Assembly: GCA_963727455.1 (NCBI GenBank)
Contig: CAVSGG010000009.1
Coordinates: 416,001-480,000, forward strand
Origin: Candidatus Krumholzibacteriota bacterium
GTDB taxonomy: Bacteria > Krumholzibacteriota > Krumholzibacteriia > JAJRXK01
DNA length: 64,000 nt
Direction of reading: 5' to 3'
The translations under genes and the position numbers were made by a program. A model generated the notes under the pieces. The model saw only the letters and a list, made by a program, of their open reading frames with translations. It was not told where the DNA came from and made no database searches. Numbering within the stretch: position 1 is the stretch's first letter; each line of letters begins with the position of its first letter. Below, piece by piece: positions 40,371 to 50,191 of the stretch.

Positions 40371-42242
40371 GTGAGACGCAGCAGTTTGATCATTCTCTGT
40401 CTGATCCTGGCCTTGACGAGCTTCTCGGCCCAATCCGCAGTGGCCGAGAAGATCCCCGTGAAGAGCCTGACCGATCTCCCCGTCCGCTCCTATCCAGTGG
40501 AAGGGTCCGTAAGCGAGATGCTCGCCTCCGATGGGGCGATGACCGCCCTCGGGGATGCCGTCCGCAAGGACATCGAGTCCATTTTGCAGAACTACGATCT
40601 GCAGGATCCGGCGATGCTGAAGGGTTACTACGGAATCCTGATGACCCTGGATCTATTGGCCCAGCACGACGAGCAGGCGCTCTCGTGGATCGACAAGATC
40701 AAGAACCTGGAAGACAAGGCTTCGGCGAAGCTTCTCACCGGAATGACGGCGCGGGCCCTGGTGGCCGCTCGTAAGGCGGGGGAAAAGGGATCGCCTGCTT
40801 ACAGGAAGGCCTTTCAGGACCAGCTCAGCAAGCAGCTGCAGGCCCTCCCCTGGGACGTGGTGCAGGACGACATTCAGCAGCAGAGGGGAATGGCGGAGAT
40901 TCTCTCCGAAAACGTGATCATGGGCATGGTGCAGTCCCAGATCGATCCTGTGGTCGCCAACTCCCACGAGCTGAGCGGCGAGATGGCGGATCGGGTGATC
41001 GGGCTGTACTTCGCTCTGAAGGACATTCTGCCGCTGAAGGATGAACGGATCGCCGCCCTCACCACGATCGTTGATGCCCACAAGGAGGCCAAGAAAGACA
41101 TCTGGCCCCAACGGGAGCTGACCCTCGCGCCGGGAAAAAACTATACACCGGTCGTGGTGGGCATTTGGGACTCGGGTGTCGACACGAGTGTCTATGAGAA
41201 CTCCCTCTGGACGAACCCAAACGAGAAACTCGACGGCAAAGATGACGATGGCAACGGTTTCGTAGATGATCTCCACGGGATCGCCTACGACCTCCAGGGC
41301 AATCCGAACCCCAACCTCCTACACCCTCTGGGGGACCAGGAGGGTAAAGTCGCGGACGCGATGCACTACATGAAGGGGATCATGGACCTCCAAGCCGCGA
41401 TCCAGAGCGACGCGGCCAGCGAGGTTCGCCAGCACCTGTCCACGATTCCGGCCGATCAGATGAAGAATTTCATGACCTCGCTGGGATTCGTCGGACTGTA
41501 CGCGCACGGCACTCACGTCGCGGGGATCGCCACCAGGGGCAATCCCTACGCGAAGATCCTCATCTCGCGAATCACCTTCGATTACCATACCCTTCCGGCT
41601 GCGATCACCAAGGAAATCGCCCAGCGGGATGCGGCCTCCTACGCGGCTTCGGCCAAGTACTTCCGGGCCGCCAAGGTGAGAGTGGTCAACATGAGCTGGG
41701 GCTGGACCTTCCGTGAGATCGAGTCGAGTCTCGAGGCGAACGGCATCGGAAAGACCGCCGAAGAGCGCAAGGCGATCGCCGAGGAGAATTTCAATATCCT
41801 CGACGAGGGGCTCAGGAAGGCGATCGCGAGTTGTCCGAACATTCTCTTCGTGGTCGCTGCCGGCAACGACGATTCCGACGTCAGCTTTCATCGCACCATT
41901 CCCTCTTCCTACGAGATGCCGAACGTTCTGGTGGTGGGTGCGGTCGATCAGGAAGGCAAGCGCACGAGCTTCACCAGTATGGGTGATAAGGTGGTGGTGT
42001 ATTCCAACGGCTTCGAGGTGGAGAGTTACGTGCCGGGAGGAGAGAAGATGGCCCTGTCCGGAACCTCGATGGCCTCTCCGAACGTGATGAATCTCGCGGC
42101 AAAACTGGTGGCCATGAAGCCGGATCTGACCCCGCCGGAGATCATTGCGTTGATCGAGAGGGGCGCCGACAATTTGCCGGACCAGCCCAAGCTGAAACTC
42201 ATCAACCCCAAGGCGACGGCGGCTCTGCTCGCAGAGCAATAG
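40371..42242 (+). CDS. Secreted S8 (subtilisin-like) serine peptidase
   Basis: GTG with AAGGAGG RBS, signal peptide; WDSGVD, HGTHVAG, AAGN, GTSMASP. Confidence 0.92.
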   Translation: MRRSSLIILCLILALTSFSAQSAVAEKIPVKSLTDLPVRSYPVEGSVSEMLASDGAMTALGDAVRKDIESILQNYDLQDPAMLKGYYGILMTLDLLAQHDEQALSWIDKIKNLEDKASAKLLTGMTARALVAARKAGEKGSPAYRKAFQDQLSKQLQALPWDVVQDDIQQQRGMAEILSENVIMGMVQSQIDPVVANSHELSGEMADRVIGLYFALKDILPLKDERIAALTTIVDAHKEAKKDIWPQRELTLAPGKNYTPVVVGIWDSGVDTSVYENSLWTNPNEKLDGKDDDGNGFVDDLHGIAYDLQGNPNPNLLHPLGDQEGKVADAMHYMKGIMDLQAAIQSDAASEVRQHLSTIPADQMKNFMTSLGFVGLYAHGTHVAGIATRGNPYAKILISRITFDYHTLPAAITKEIAQRDAASYAASAKYFRAAKVRVVNMSWGWTFREIESSLEANGIGKTAEERKAIAEENFNILDEGLRKAIASCPNILFVVAAGNDDSDVSFHRTIPSSYEMPNVLVVGAVDQEGKRTSFTSMGDKVVVYSNGFEVESYVPGGEKMALSGTSMASPNVMNLAAKLVAMKPDLTPPEIIALIERGADNLPDQPKLKLINPKATAALLAEQ

Positions 42243-42254
42243 ACCCAACGAGCG

Positions 42255-42290
42255 CAAGAGGAGGGATGGGCCCGGCGGCCCACCCTCTTG
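42255..42290 (+). terminator. GC-rich hairpin after the S8 peptidase (possible terminator)
   Basis: GAGGG-A-TGGGCC...GGCCCA-CCCTC stem; lacks a clear U-tract. Confidence 0.35.
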
Positions 42291-42422
42291 CCTCGCCCTA
42301 GGGATTGACCGGGCCGGGGCAGGAATGGTCTACTTCTGGGCGTTGTTCGGGAGACTCTCCTGGATGCTCCCGCCACTCTCTTCGGTCCTGCTGAGCAGGG
42401 CGTTTGATGGAGCAAAGGACGG

Positions 42423-43103
42423 ATGATGCGACGCGTACTTGCAGCTGTGACCCTGGGAATTCTCCTGATGACCGCGAACCTAGTGCTCGGAGCCGAGCTG
42501 CGCCAAGGCGCGACGATCGTCACCATGGACGGCAGCTTCGTGAGCATGGTGACGGATCCAGCCGCGCAGACCAGCTACGGCAGTGGGGGCGTCTTCAGCT
42601 ACGAGAAACTCAGCTCCAATGCGAATTGGACCGCCGGCTTCCGCTTCCACTACTTCAAAGTCAAAGAGGACTACAAGGGGCCGGAGGAGCAGGACGTACA
42701 CGGGGAGTACAACGACATTTTGCTGCAGCTCAAGGCTCGCTACTTTCTCGAGCTGCACCCCCGACTCAAGGGCTATGCGGGCGTAGGCATGGGCTTCAAA
42801 TTTACGACCTTCACCATCACGACCGATGGCTCGCCCTTCGAAGACAACGAGAGCAACTTCAGCCTGTCTCTACCGGTTGGCGTCGACGCCTACCTCACGG
42901 ATAAGATCTTCATCAACCTGGACTACACCTTCAATTTCCTGGCAACCACCAGCTATCTGCGGCACGACATCGTCAACAGTTTTCAGGCCGGGATAGGTTT
43001 TCAATTCGGTGGAGGCGGGTCGCCCGAGGAGAAAGCTCCCAAGGACGAGGGGGCGAGCGATAGAAACGAAGAAGCGCCCACCGACGAGGGCGGCGGGCGC
43101 TGA
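42423..43103 (+). CDS. Small outer-membrane beta-barrel protein (OmpA/OmpW-like membrane domain)
   Basis: Signal peptide, alternating aromatic strands, YAGVGMG, FQAGIGFQF followed by an acidic tail. Confidence 0.75.
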   Translation: MMRRVLAAVTLGILLMTANLVLGAELRQGATIVTMDGSFVSMVTDPAAQTSYGSGGVFSYEKLSSNANWTAGFRFHYFKVKEDYKGPEEQDVHGEYNDILLQLKARYFLELHPRLKGYAGVGMGFKFTTFTITTDGSPFEDNESNFSLSLPVGVDAYLTDKIFINLDYTFNFLATTSYLRHDIVNSFQAGIGFQFGGGGSPEEKAPKDEGASDRNEEAPTDEGGGR

Positions 43104-43128
43104 TCGAGACCGATGCGATTTCCTTCGC

Positions 43129-44307
43129 TCAGCCGGCGTTCTTCTCGGCTAGCTCTCGGAAGCGCTTGAGCTGCTTGGTGTAGTAGTCGTTCTGAGGATC
43201 GTTCTCCTTGGCCCGCTCTGCGAGACTCACTGCGTCGTCGCAGTTGCCCCGCGCATTGCACAGTTCGGCGGCCGTGTCCAGGATCGCGGCGCGCTGTGGG
43301 CCCGCTTCCGCTAGCTCGGCCCCCTTCCGTGCGAGTTGCTCCGCGCGTTCGAGGTCGACCTCGTTCTCGAAGCACCACCAGGCGTACTGGTTGAGCCGAT
43401 CGGGGTTCTCGAGCCACCCTTCGGGCATCGTGTCGTATTTCAGATCCGCGGCCTTCTTTCGATCTTTCTCCACGTAGAGCGCGTAATCGACAGCGATGTA
43501 ATCGCGCATGCTCTTCGCCTCAGGCGAGTCGTTGTCCTTCACGAGCTTCCATGCATCCTCGACATAACGATGGCGGAGCGCAGGATCCCCCGTCGCATCG
43601 GCCAAACCCGGCTGGGTCTGATAGACCATCATCTTGTCTTCGAATTTATCACCCGCCATGACCGCATCGGCGGCAGCAACCACTTGGTCCTTGGTGAAGA
43701 GCCCGGCCCTGAGTCCGTAATACTTGGCCATGTAGATCGCGCCCTCGTAGCCTCCTCCCTGCAGCTTGGCGGCCTTCTCGTACCAGCTGGCCGCCTTGCT
43801 CATATCGCTCGCGGCGAGGGCAGCGTCGGCGATTGCCGCTGCGTCTTCTACCTTGGGCGTTTTCTCGAATCTCATCTCCTTGTCCACCAAAGTGGTCGGA
43901 TCGGACAGGCCCTTGTTCATGTTCTTCAAGAAGCCGTCCGCGTCGCCGTATCCTACCCATCGGTACACTGGATTCCCTTCGGCGTTCGCCAGGAGGAAAT
44001 TGGGATAGGAGCGCACGCCGTAGCGCCGGGCAAGCTCGATACCGTCGCCCTTCTCGGCATCGATGCTGAAGAATACGACCGACTTCAGGCCCTTTTTCAA
44101 TTCGGGAACGGCAGTGGCATCCGCCTTGAAGTGTTTACAGGGTCCACACCAATCGGCGTAGAAATCGACGAGTACCAGTTTCCCCTGCGTCTTGGCCATA
44201 CCGAGCGCTTCGTCGAAAGTGGCGGCTTCCTCGGCCTTCGCGGTGACGCTGGCGACCAGGCTCAGCGCACACACCACCAGTGCAATGCGTAGTTTCCGGA
44301 AAAACAT
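43129..44307 (-). CDS. Exported thioredoxin-domain protein with C-terminal TPR-like helices
   Basis: Signal peptide; VDFYADWCGPC; YGVRSYP; LNQYAW...LDTAA TPR. Confidence 0.85.
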   Translation of the reverse strand: MFFRKLRIALVVCALSLVASVTAKAEEAATFDEALGMAKTQGKLVLVDFYADWCGPCKHFKADATAVPELKKGLKSVVFFSIDAEKGDGIELARRYGVRSYPNFLLANAEGNPVYRWVGYGDADGFLKNMNKGLSDPTTLVDKEMRFEKTPKVEDAAAIADAALAASDMSKAASWYEKAAKLQGGGYEGAIYMAKYYGLRAGLFTKDQVVAAADAVMAGDKFEDKMMVYQTQPGLADATGDPALRHRYVEDAWKLVKDNDSPEAKSMRDYIAVDYALYVEKDRKKAADLKYDTMPEGWLENPDRLNQYAWWCFENEVDLERAEQLARKGAELAEAGPQRAAILDTAAELCNARGNCDDAVSLAERAKENDPQNDYYTKQLKRFRELAEKNAG

Positions 44308-44416
44308 CCTGAGGTTCCTTTCTGAGAGCTTTCTCGCGGGGTCAAACAAACGATAGTTCGTGGATCGGGAGAAAACCAGCCGACTCCCGCCCTTCCCGCC
44401 GATTCTACGTTTCCAC

Positions 44417-45622
44417 TCAGTCGATCGTGACCATTTCGGCCAGATAGGCCCGGATGATGCGCGCCATTCTCTCCACTCCGATCCGGATTCTCTCCGGGGA
44501 GGAAACCGAGTAATTGACCCGCATCGTATTCTCATGCCCTCCGTTGGGATAGAAGGAAGAGCCGGGTACGAACGCCACCTTTTCCTTCAGACAGCGCTCG
44601 AGCACCTCCCGTGTCTCGGCCCCCTCGGGCAATTCGACCCACAGGAACATCCCTCCCTGGGGCCGCGTGTAACTCACTCCTTCGGGCATGAATTCGTCCA
44701 TGGCAGCAAGCATCACGTCATGGCGCTCCCGATAAAGCTCGCGAATTCCGCGGATATTCTCGTCCAGGTCGTGGTCCCTCATGTACTGGAGAATGTCCAG
44801 CTGCGCGATGGTCGAGGTGTGTAGATCCACTCCCTGCTTGACCAACTCGTATTTCCTTCTGAGTTCGGGAGCGGCAGCCAACCAGGCGACGCGGAGGCCC
44901 GGGCAGAAAATTTTCGAAAAGGTGCCCAGGTGGATGACCATACCCTCTTTGTCCATGGACTTGATCGAGGGAATATCCTCGCCCTCGAAACGCAGCTCGG
45001 CGTAAGGACTGTCCTCGAGCACCGGCACCTGGAATCGATTCGCGAGCTCGATCAGTTTTTGGCGCCGCTGCAGCGACCAGGTGCGTCCCGAGGGGTTCTG
45101 GAAGTCGGGAATGACGTAGATCATTCTCGCGCGTTCTTCGGTGCTCAGGACCCTCTCGAGCTCAACCATGTCCATACCCTGATCGTCGGTGCTGATTTCG
45201 ACAAAACGCGGGGCGTAGGGCACGAAGGCCTGGATGGCGCCCAAATAGGTTGGAGACTCGCAGAGGACCACGTCGCCCTCGTCCAGCAGGATCTTCGCCG
45301 ACATGTCGAGCCCCTGTTGCGACCCGCTGGTGATGAGAATCTCCTCCGGCGTGACATTCGTGCCACGCCCGGAGTTCATGCGATTGGCGATCATCTCGCG
45401 CAGATCCTTGTCCCCGTCGGTGGGGGAATACTGCAGAGCGCGTCGACCCTGTTCGCTGAGAACGGTATCCGCGGCCTTCCGGAGATCTTCTACGGGGAAG
45501 GTCTCTGGAGCGGGAAGCCCGCCGGCAAATGAGATCATCTCGGGGTGCTGGGTGAGTTTCAGCAGCTCGCGGATTTCGGAAGCCTTGATCTTCTCCATCC
45601 GCTTGGCGAGTTTGATGTTCAT
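44417..45622 (-). CDS. PLP-dependent aminotransferase class I/II (LysN/2-aminoadipate-like)
   Basis: SFAGGLP, SGSQQGLD, DFQNPSG, EDSPY, GTFSKIFCPGLR. Confidence 0.9.
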   Translation of the reverse strand: MNIKLAKRMEKIKASEIRELLKLTQHPEMISFAGGLPAPETFPVEDLRKAADTVLSEQGRRALQYSPTDGDKDLREMIANRMNSGRGTNVTPEEILITSGSQQGLDMSAKILLDEGDVVLCESPTYLGAIQAFVPYAPRFVEISTDDQGMDMVELERVLSTEERARMIYVIPDFQNPSGRTWSLQRRQKLIELANRFQVPVLEDSPYAELRFEGEDIPSIKSMDKEGMVIHLGTFSKIFCPGLRVAWLAAAPELRRKYELVKQGVDLHTSTIAQLDILQYMRDHDLDENIRGIRELYRERHDVMLAAMDEFMPEGVSYTRPQGGMFLWVELPEGAETREVLERCLKEKVAFVPGSSFYPNGGHENTMRVNYSVSSPERIRIGVERMARIIRAYLAEMVTID

Positions 45623-45661
45623 GCTAGACCACCTGAGCTAAGGGAGATGCCCGAGAACCCG

Positions 45662-47176
45662 TTAAACGATGGGATGGGTTCCCACGCCTTCGGCGACGTT
45701 CAATCGCGCTCCGGCAGAACTGCGAGCTACCGCATCCATGAGCCGGGTCACCCCCGGCACGATTTGGTCCTCACGGGAAAAAGAAAAATTGAGTCTGATG
45801 AAGGGCGTGCCTGGATCTTCCACATAGCACGACCAACCGGGCAGAAACGAAACTCCGGCTTCGGCGGCCGTACTCACCAGACGCGAGCGTTCGACCTCCA
45901 CGGGAAGGCGGCACCACAGATAGAATCCACCCTCCGGACGGGCCCATCGCACACCGGCCGGAGCACAATTCTGCAAAGTCTCGTGCATGAGATCCCTGCG
46001 GCGTGCGTAATGACCCCGCACCATCCGGACGTGCTCGTCCAGTCCACCCTCGCGAATCAGCGCGTCGACCACCCACTGTCCCGGAGTATCACTGTGCAGG
46101 TCGATAGCCTGCTTCAGGAGCGCGAATTGTCGCACCACGGTCCGGTCGGCCACCAGCCAGCCCAGGCGCAGCCCGGGAAAGAGAATCTTGGAGAAGGTGG
46201 AGAGGTAGATCACACCACCGTGGCGATCCAAGGCCTTCAAGCTGGGCAAGTTCTCCCCGTCGTAGCGCAGCTCGGAGTAGGGATCGTCCTCCAACACTGG
46301 AATGGAATAACGCCACGCCAACTCCAGGAGGTGCTGGCGCCGCGGCAGACTCATCACGGTTCCCGCCGGATTCTTGAAAGTGGGCAGGGTATAGATCAGC
46401 TTCGGCCGTTGCCGTTCCAGGACGGTGGCCAAGACATCGGTGACCATCCCCTGTTCGTCACTGGGTACGGGAATGATCCGGGCCCGCGCTCCGCGGAAAG
46501 CTTGGAGCGCTCCGAAGTAGGTGGGCTCATCCACCACCACCAGATCTCCCGGATCCAAAAAGACGCGCGCCGCCAGATCCAGGCCCTGCTGCGAACCCGA
46601 GAGAACGAGAACCTCCTCGGCGCCACACTCCACGCCACGGGAGCGCATTCTTTCGGCCAGCGATTCGCGAAACGGCCGTACTCCTTCGGTCGGACATTGC
46701 AGCAGAGAAGCCGAGCCCAGCTTGCCCGAGAGATCCCGCATGACACGCTCGACCATCTCCGCGGGCAGAAGCTCCGGGGCGGGCAGTCCCACCGAGAGAG
46801 GAATGACATCCTCGCGGCCGGCCATTTCCAAGAGATCGCGCACGAGCGGATCGCTGTCCTGTCGGACGGATTCCGCGAAGAGCTGACGCCAGGGAAGCGA
46901 AGCGGTCGTATCCGCCGCACTATCCTCGCGCCCAAAGGCGAGGACCGAGGTACCGCGGCCCACGTGGGCACGGGCGAGTCCACTGCGCTTGAGCTCGCGG
47001 TAAGCGCTCACCACCGTGCTGCGATTCACTCCCAGCTGCTGCGCCAGGGAGCGTTCGGGCGGCAAGAGGGTTCCCTCGCTCACCTCGCCACTGGCGATTC
47101 TCTCGCGCAGCTGCTGCACGATTTGCAGATAGATGGGAACTGCGCTGTCATGCTCGACTTCGATGCGCAGGCTCAT
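45662..47176 (-). CDS. MocR/GntR-family regulator (wHTH plus aminotransferase domain)
   Basis: PIYLQIV...LPPERSLA...VNRSTVVSAY, then STFSKILFPGLR. Confidence 0.92.
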   Translation of the reverse strand: MSLRIEVEHDSAVPIYLQIVQQLRERIASGEVSEGTLLPPERSLAQQLGVNRSTVVSAYRELKRSGLARAHVGRGTSVLAFGREDSAADTTASLPWRQLFAESVRQDSDPLVRDLLEMAGREDVIPLSVGLPAPELLPAEMVERVMRDLSGKLGSASLLQCPTEGVRPFRESLAERMRSRGVECGAEEVLVLSGSQQGLDLAARVFLDPGDLVVVDEPTYFGALQAFRGARARIIPVPSDEQGMVTDVLATVLERQRPKLIYTLPTFKNPAGTVMSLPRRQHLLELAWRYSIPVLEDDPYSELRYDGENLPSLKALDRHGGVIYLSTFSKILFPGLRLGWLVADRTVVRQFALLKQAIDLHSDTPGQWVVDALIREGGLDEHVRMVRGHYARRRDLMHETLQNCAPAGVRWARPEGGFYLWCRLPVEVERSRLVSTAAEAGVSFLPGWSCYVEDPGTPFIRLNFSFSREDQIVPGVTRLMDAVARSSAGARLNVAEGVGTHPIV

Positions 47177-47284
47177 GAGACCTTCCCGGAAGAAGCGGCG
47201 GGGGCAGAGACGCACTGCGTCCGATTCCCAATTGGAGGGGTCCTTTGGAGAAGATAGGGCTTCTCAGACGCGAGTCAAGCCCAT

Positions 47285-47330
47285 TTGGATGGGAAATTTC
47301 ACCATCCAATCAGGATGTTGCTCATCCAAT
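47285..47330. promoter_or_regulatory. Candidate MocR operator (inverted plus direct repeats)
   Basis: TTGGATGG (47285-92) / CCATCCAA (47302-09) inverted repeat; CATCCAAT direct repeat at 47303 and 47323. Confidence 0.65.
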
Positions 47331-47374
47331 TACAGCGTTTCACGAAGAGAGGGCGACCGGGCGAGGGTGTGGGC

Positions 47375-48241
47375 TCAAGGTTGGGCGCGGTAGGCGAAGA
47401 GCCAGTCCAAGAGAGCGGCGCTCGTGAGAGTGGACACCGCGCTCCAGGCCAAATCGCCACTGCGCCAGGCGAGTCCCTGGTATCCCCAACTCTGACCCTG
47501 GTAGAGGGGTCCCTGCGGGGTTGGATGTTCTTTGGCTTTTGTGAAGTCGATCTGTGCCGCTGGCACCGCAAACAGCAGGACGACCGCCCCCTGACCGTCA
47601 CGGTATTCGACCAGAGCTGACAGCCGGCTCACGGTATGCCAGATGCGGGCTCCCTGAAGCTGCCAACCCGGCGGTCCGTTGCCCACGGCGGGACTGAAGG
47701 GCAATCCCCGGTCGAGCCAGGTGGACGCTTCGTGGGGATCATGGCTGAGCAGTTCCAGTGGTCGCTGCAGTTGCGTGATCAGATATCCATCGTGGGTGAC
47801 GTCCTGGAGATAGTCTTGCACGGTGGCCGGAACCTGACCCCCGGAGGAGGGATGACTCGGCAACCAATTCGCCAGCGCGAAGCCCAGGAGGATCCCGGCG
47901 GCCAGCGTGGTGCTGGGGACGAGCCACCTCCAGCGCCAAGGGGCTCTCGCCACCCTCCCCTGCTCGGCGCTACGCTGTGCCGGCCCTAGAGGCTCGTGCC
48001 CCGCCCTGTCCACTGCCTCCGCGAGCGCTTCGCGCAGACCTACTCGCAGGGAAGGGGGCGCGCTCGCCCGCGAACTCTCGAGCCTTGGCAGGCGTTCTCG
48101 CAGGAGCTGAAAGGACTCCGCCGCGGCGCGGCAGCGGGCACAGTGTGCAAGGTGCGCGCGCGTCCCCTCATCCCACGAGGCAGGCTCGGGATTCAGTTGG
48201 ATCTTCTCGAAGATCCGCGCGTGCTCGGAATTGGAGCTCAA
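47375..48241 (-). CDS. Zinc-binding transmembrane anti-sigma factor
   Basis: HLAHCARC (HxxxCxxC), single TM, directly downstream of an ECF sigma. Confidence 0.8.
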   Translation of the reverse strand: MSSNSEHARIFEKIQLNPEPASWDEGTRAHLAHCARCRAAAESFQLLRERLPRLESSRASAPPSLRVGLREALAEAVDRAGHEPLGPAQRSAEQGRVARAPWRWRWLVPSTTLAAGILLGFALANWLPSHPSSGGQVPATVQDYLQDVTHDGYLITQLQRPLELLSHDPHEASTWLDRGLPFSPAVGNGPPGWQLQGARIWHTVSRLSALVEYRDGQGAVVLLFAVPAAQIDFTKAKEHPTPQGPLYQGQSWGYQGLAWRSGDLAWSAVSTLTSAALLDWLFAYRAQP

Positions 48242-48256
48242 GTCTCTTGCGGCCTC

Positions 48257-48823
48257 CTAGCCATTCCCGTCGCCGGTCTTCGGACGGTCCTGGGCTTGAA
48301 GAAGCGAAACCAAGCGTCGCCGCGCTCGGTACAATCGCGATCGAATGGTGCCCACCGGCACCTCGAAGCTGGCCGCGGCCTCCTCGTAGGAGAAGCCCTC
48401 GGCATCCACCAACAGCAGCATCGCCTTCCATTGCGGAGGAAGCGCATTCAAAGCCTCTTCCCAATCGTCATCGAAAGTCTGGCGGAGAATTTCGGGCTCG
48501 AAAGAGGCAGGATCGTCGATCGCACCATCGGGCAGCGTTTCGTCGAAGCTCTCCTCCCAGAATCCAGCGGGACGGCGCGCCTCCTTGCGCAGTTGATCCA
48601 GCCAAGTGGTGTGAACCACGCGTGCCAACCACGAACGAAGTTGCGAGCCATCCTTCAGCCCACCGATTCCTCGCATGGCCCGCAGCAGAGCATCCTGCAC
48701 CAGATCTTCCGCTGTATTGGGGTCCCGGGTCAGGGAAAGTCCCATCCTCCACAGAAGGTCGAGCTGAGGCAAAACCTGGCTCTCGAAGCGGCGGGCGAGG
48801 TCCTCGGAAAGTGGTAGATTCAT
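48257..48823 (-). CDS. ECF RNA polymerase sigma factor
   Basis: AEDLVQDALLRA, LRSWL, GFSYEEAA...VGTIRSRLYRAR. Confidence 0.92.
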   Translation of the reverse strand: MNLPLSEDLARRFESQVLPQLDLLWRMGLSLTRDPNTAEDLVQDALLRAMRGIGGLKDGSQLRSWLARVVHTTWLDQLRKEARRPAGFWEESFDETLPDGAIDDPASFEPEILRQTFDDDWEEALNALPPQWKAMLLLVDAEGFSYEEAAASFEVPVGTIRSRLYRARRRLVSLLQAQDRPKTGDGNG

Positions 48824-49191
48824 GGAGAAGGTCACCGCCGGTGGATGCGGGTACGAGCCACTCCATTCTAGCGCCGGATCTCCTTCCTGTCTCGCAGCGA
48901 GCCTTTGGACTCACTGGGGACTGACGCCCCCAGTGAGCCGCTGCCACCCGACACGAAAATCGCCGACGGGCGAGGGCACATTGGGCTCCACCCAAGCTTC
49001 GCCGGAGATCCGTGCTGGGCAGGAACTCCTGGGGTCTCTCCACTGGCCGGAATACGAGGGTCCCGGTCGATGCTCGTTCATGAGTTCAAAGGGAGAACGT
49101 CTCGGGGGACGCTGAAAGTTCCCTTCCCGAGTCTTTTGGGCGAATTTTTCCCGGCGGGGCCGACGGTCGGCGTGTGCTAGGCTGCGCCACT

Positions 49192-50109
49192 GTGAAGTAC
49201 GAACCTCAGGCCCGACTCTACGCCCTCGCCGCGGTCCTCTTGTGGTCCACGGTGGCGACTGCCTTCAAGCTCGCACTGCGGCAGCTGGACCCCGCGCAAC
49301 TTCTGTTCTGGGCGAACGGAGCCTCGCTGGTGGTGCTCGGACTCGTGCTGGCGGCGCGGCGGCAGCTCGGTCTAATCTTCCGCGCCAGCCGCGCCCAGTA
49401 CCTGCACGCCGCGATCCTGGGTTTCCTCAATCCCTTCCTCTACTACACCGTCCTCTTCACCGCCTACGACCGTCTGCCCGCGCAAGTGGCCCAACCCCTC
49501 AACTACACCTGGGCCCTGACGCTCTCATGGCTTTCGATCCCCCTGCTCCACCATCGTCTGCGCTGGCGCGATCTCGTGGCGGGACTCGTGTGTTACGGGG
49601 GTGTCGTCGTCATCTCCACCGGAGGCAATCTGCACGGCCTGAGTTATGACGGCCTGGGCATCGGACTGGCCCTCGCGAGTACGCTCATCTGGGCCCTCTA
49701 TTGGATTTTCCATACCCGCGGAGATTTGCCGCCGGTGGTCGGTTTGTTCCTGGGTTTCCTCTTCGCCGTCCCGTGGGTCACCCTCGCAGCCTCCCTGGAC
49801 GGCGGCCTCCTGCCCCACGAGGGCGGCCGGGCTTGGAGCTGGATTTTGGGCGCCATCTACGTCGGCACCTTCGAAATGGGCATCACCTTCGTTCTGTGGC
49901 TCGCCGCGATGAAACGCACCAGCAACGCGTCGAAAGTGGCGAACCTCATCTTCCTCTCCCCCTTCTTGAGCCTCGTGTTCATCGGGATCGTGCTCGGGGA
50001 GACCATCCATCGCTCGACCGTCGTGGGACTCTTCCTGATCGTCGCGGGACTTCTCACCCAGCGGGAGCAGAAACAGTTGGAGATTTCCCCGGATGCAGCA
50101 CCCAGTTGA
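49192..50109 (+). CDS. DMT/EamA-family transporter
   Basis: About ten TMs; LWSTVATAFK, AQPLNYTW, LIFLSPFLSL. Confidence 0.88.
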   Translation: MKYEPQARLYALAAVLLWSTVATAFKLALRQLDPAQLLFWANGASLVVLGLVLAARRQLGLIFRASRAQYLHAAILGFLNPFLYYTVLFTAYDRLPAQVAQPLNYTWALTLSWLSIPLLHHRLRWRDLVAGLVCYGGVVVISTGGNLHGLSYDGLGIGLALASTLIWALYWIFHTRGDLPPVVGLFLGFLFAVPWVTLAASLDGGLLPHEGGRAWSWILGAIYVGTFEMGITFVLWLAAMKRTSNASKVANLIFLSPFLSLVFIGIVLGETIHRSTVVGLFLIVAGLLTQREQKQLEISPDAAPS

Positions 50110-50191
50110 TGCACTGCTCGACGCGGCCCGATTCCGGGCCTAAACTATGGGTTACGCCTCTTTTCGAGATTTTCCATTCAGGAGCAATCCC

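Noticed and set aside
48910-49122. Hairpin CTCACTGGGG/CCCCAGTGAG and a minus-strand GGAAC-N18-CGTT upstream of the ECF sigma
   Set aside because: No riboswitch consensus recognised; the ECF-like promoter spacing is longer than usual and it lies far from the start.
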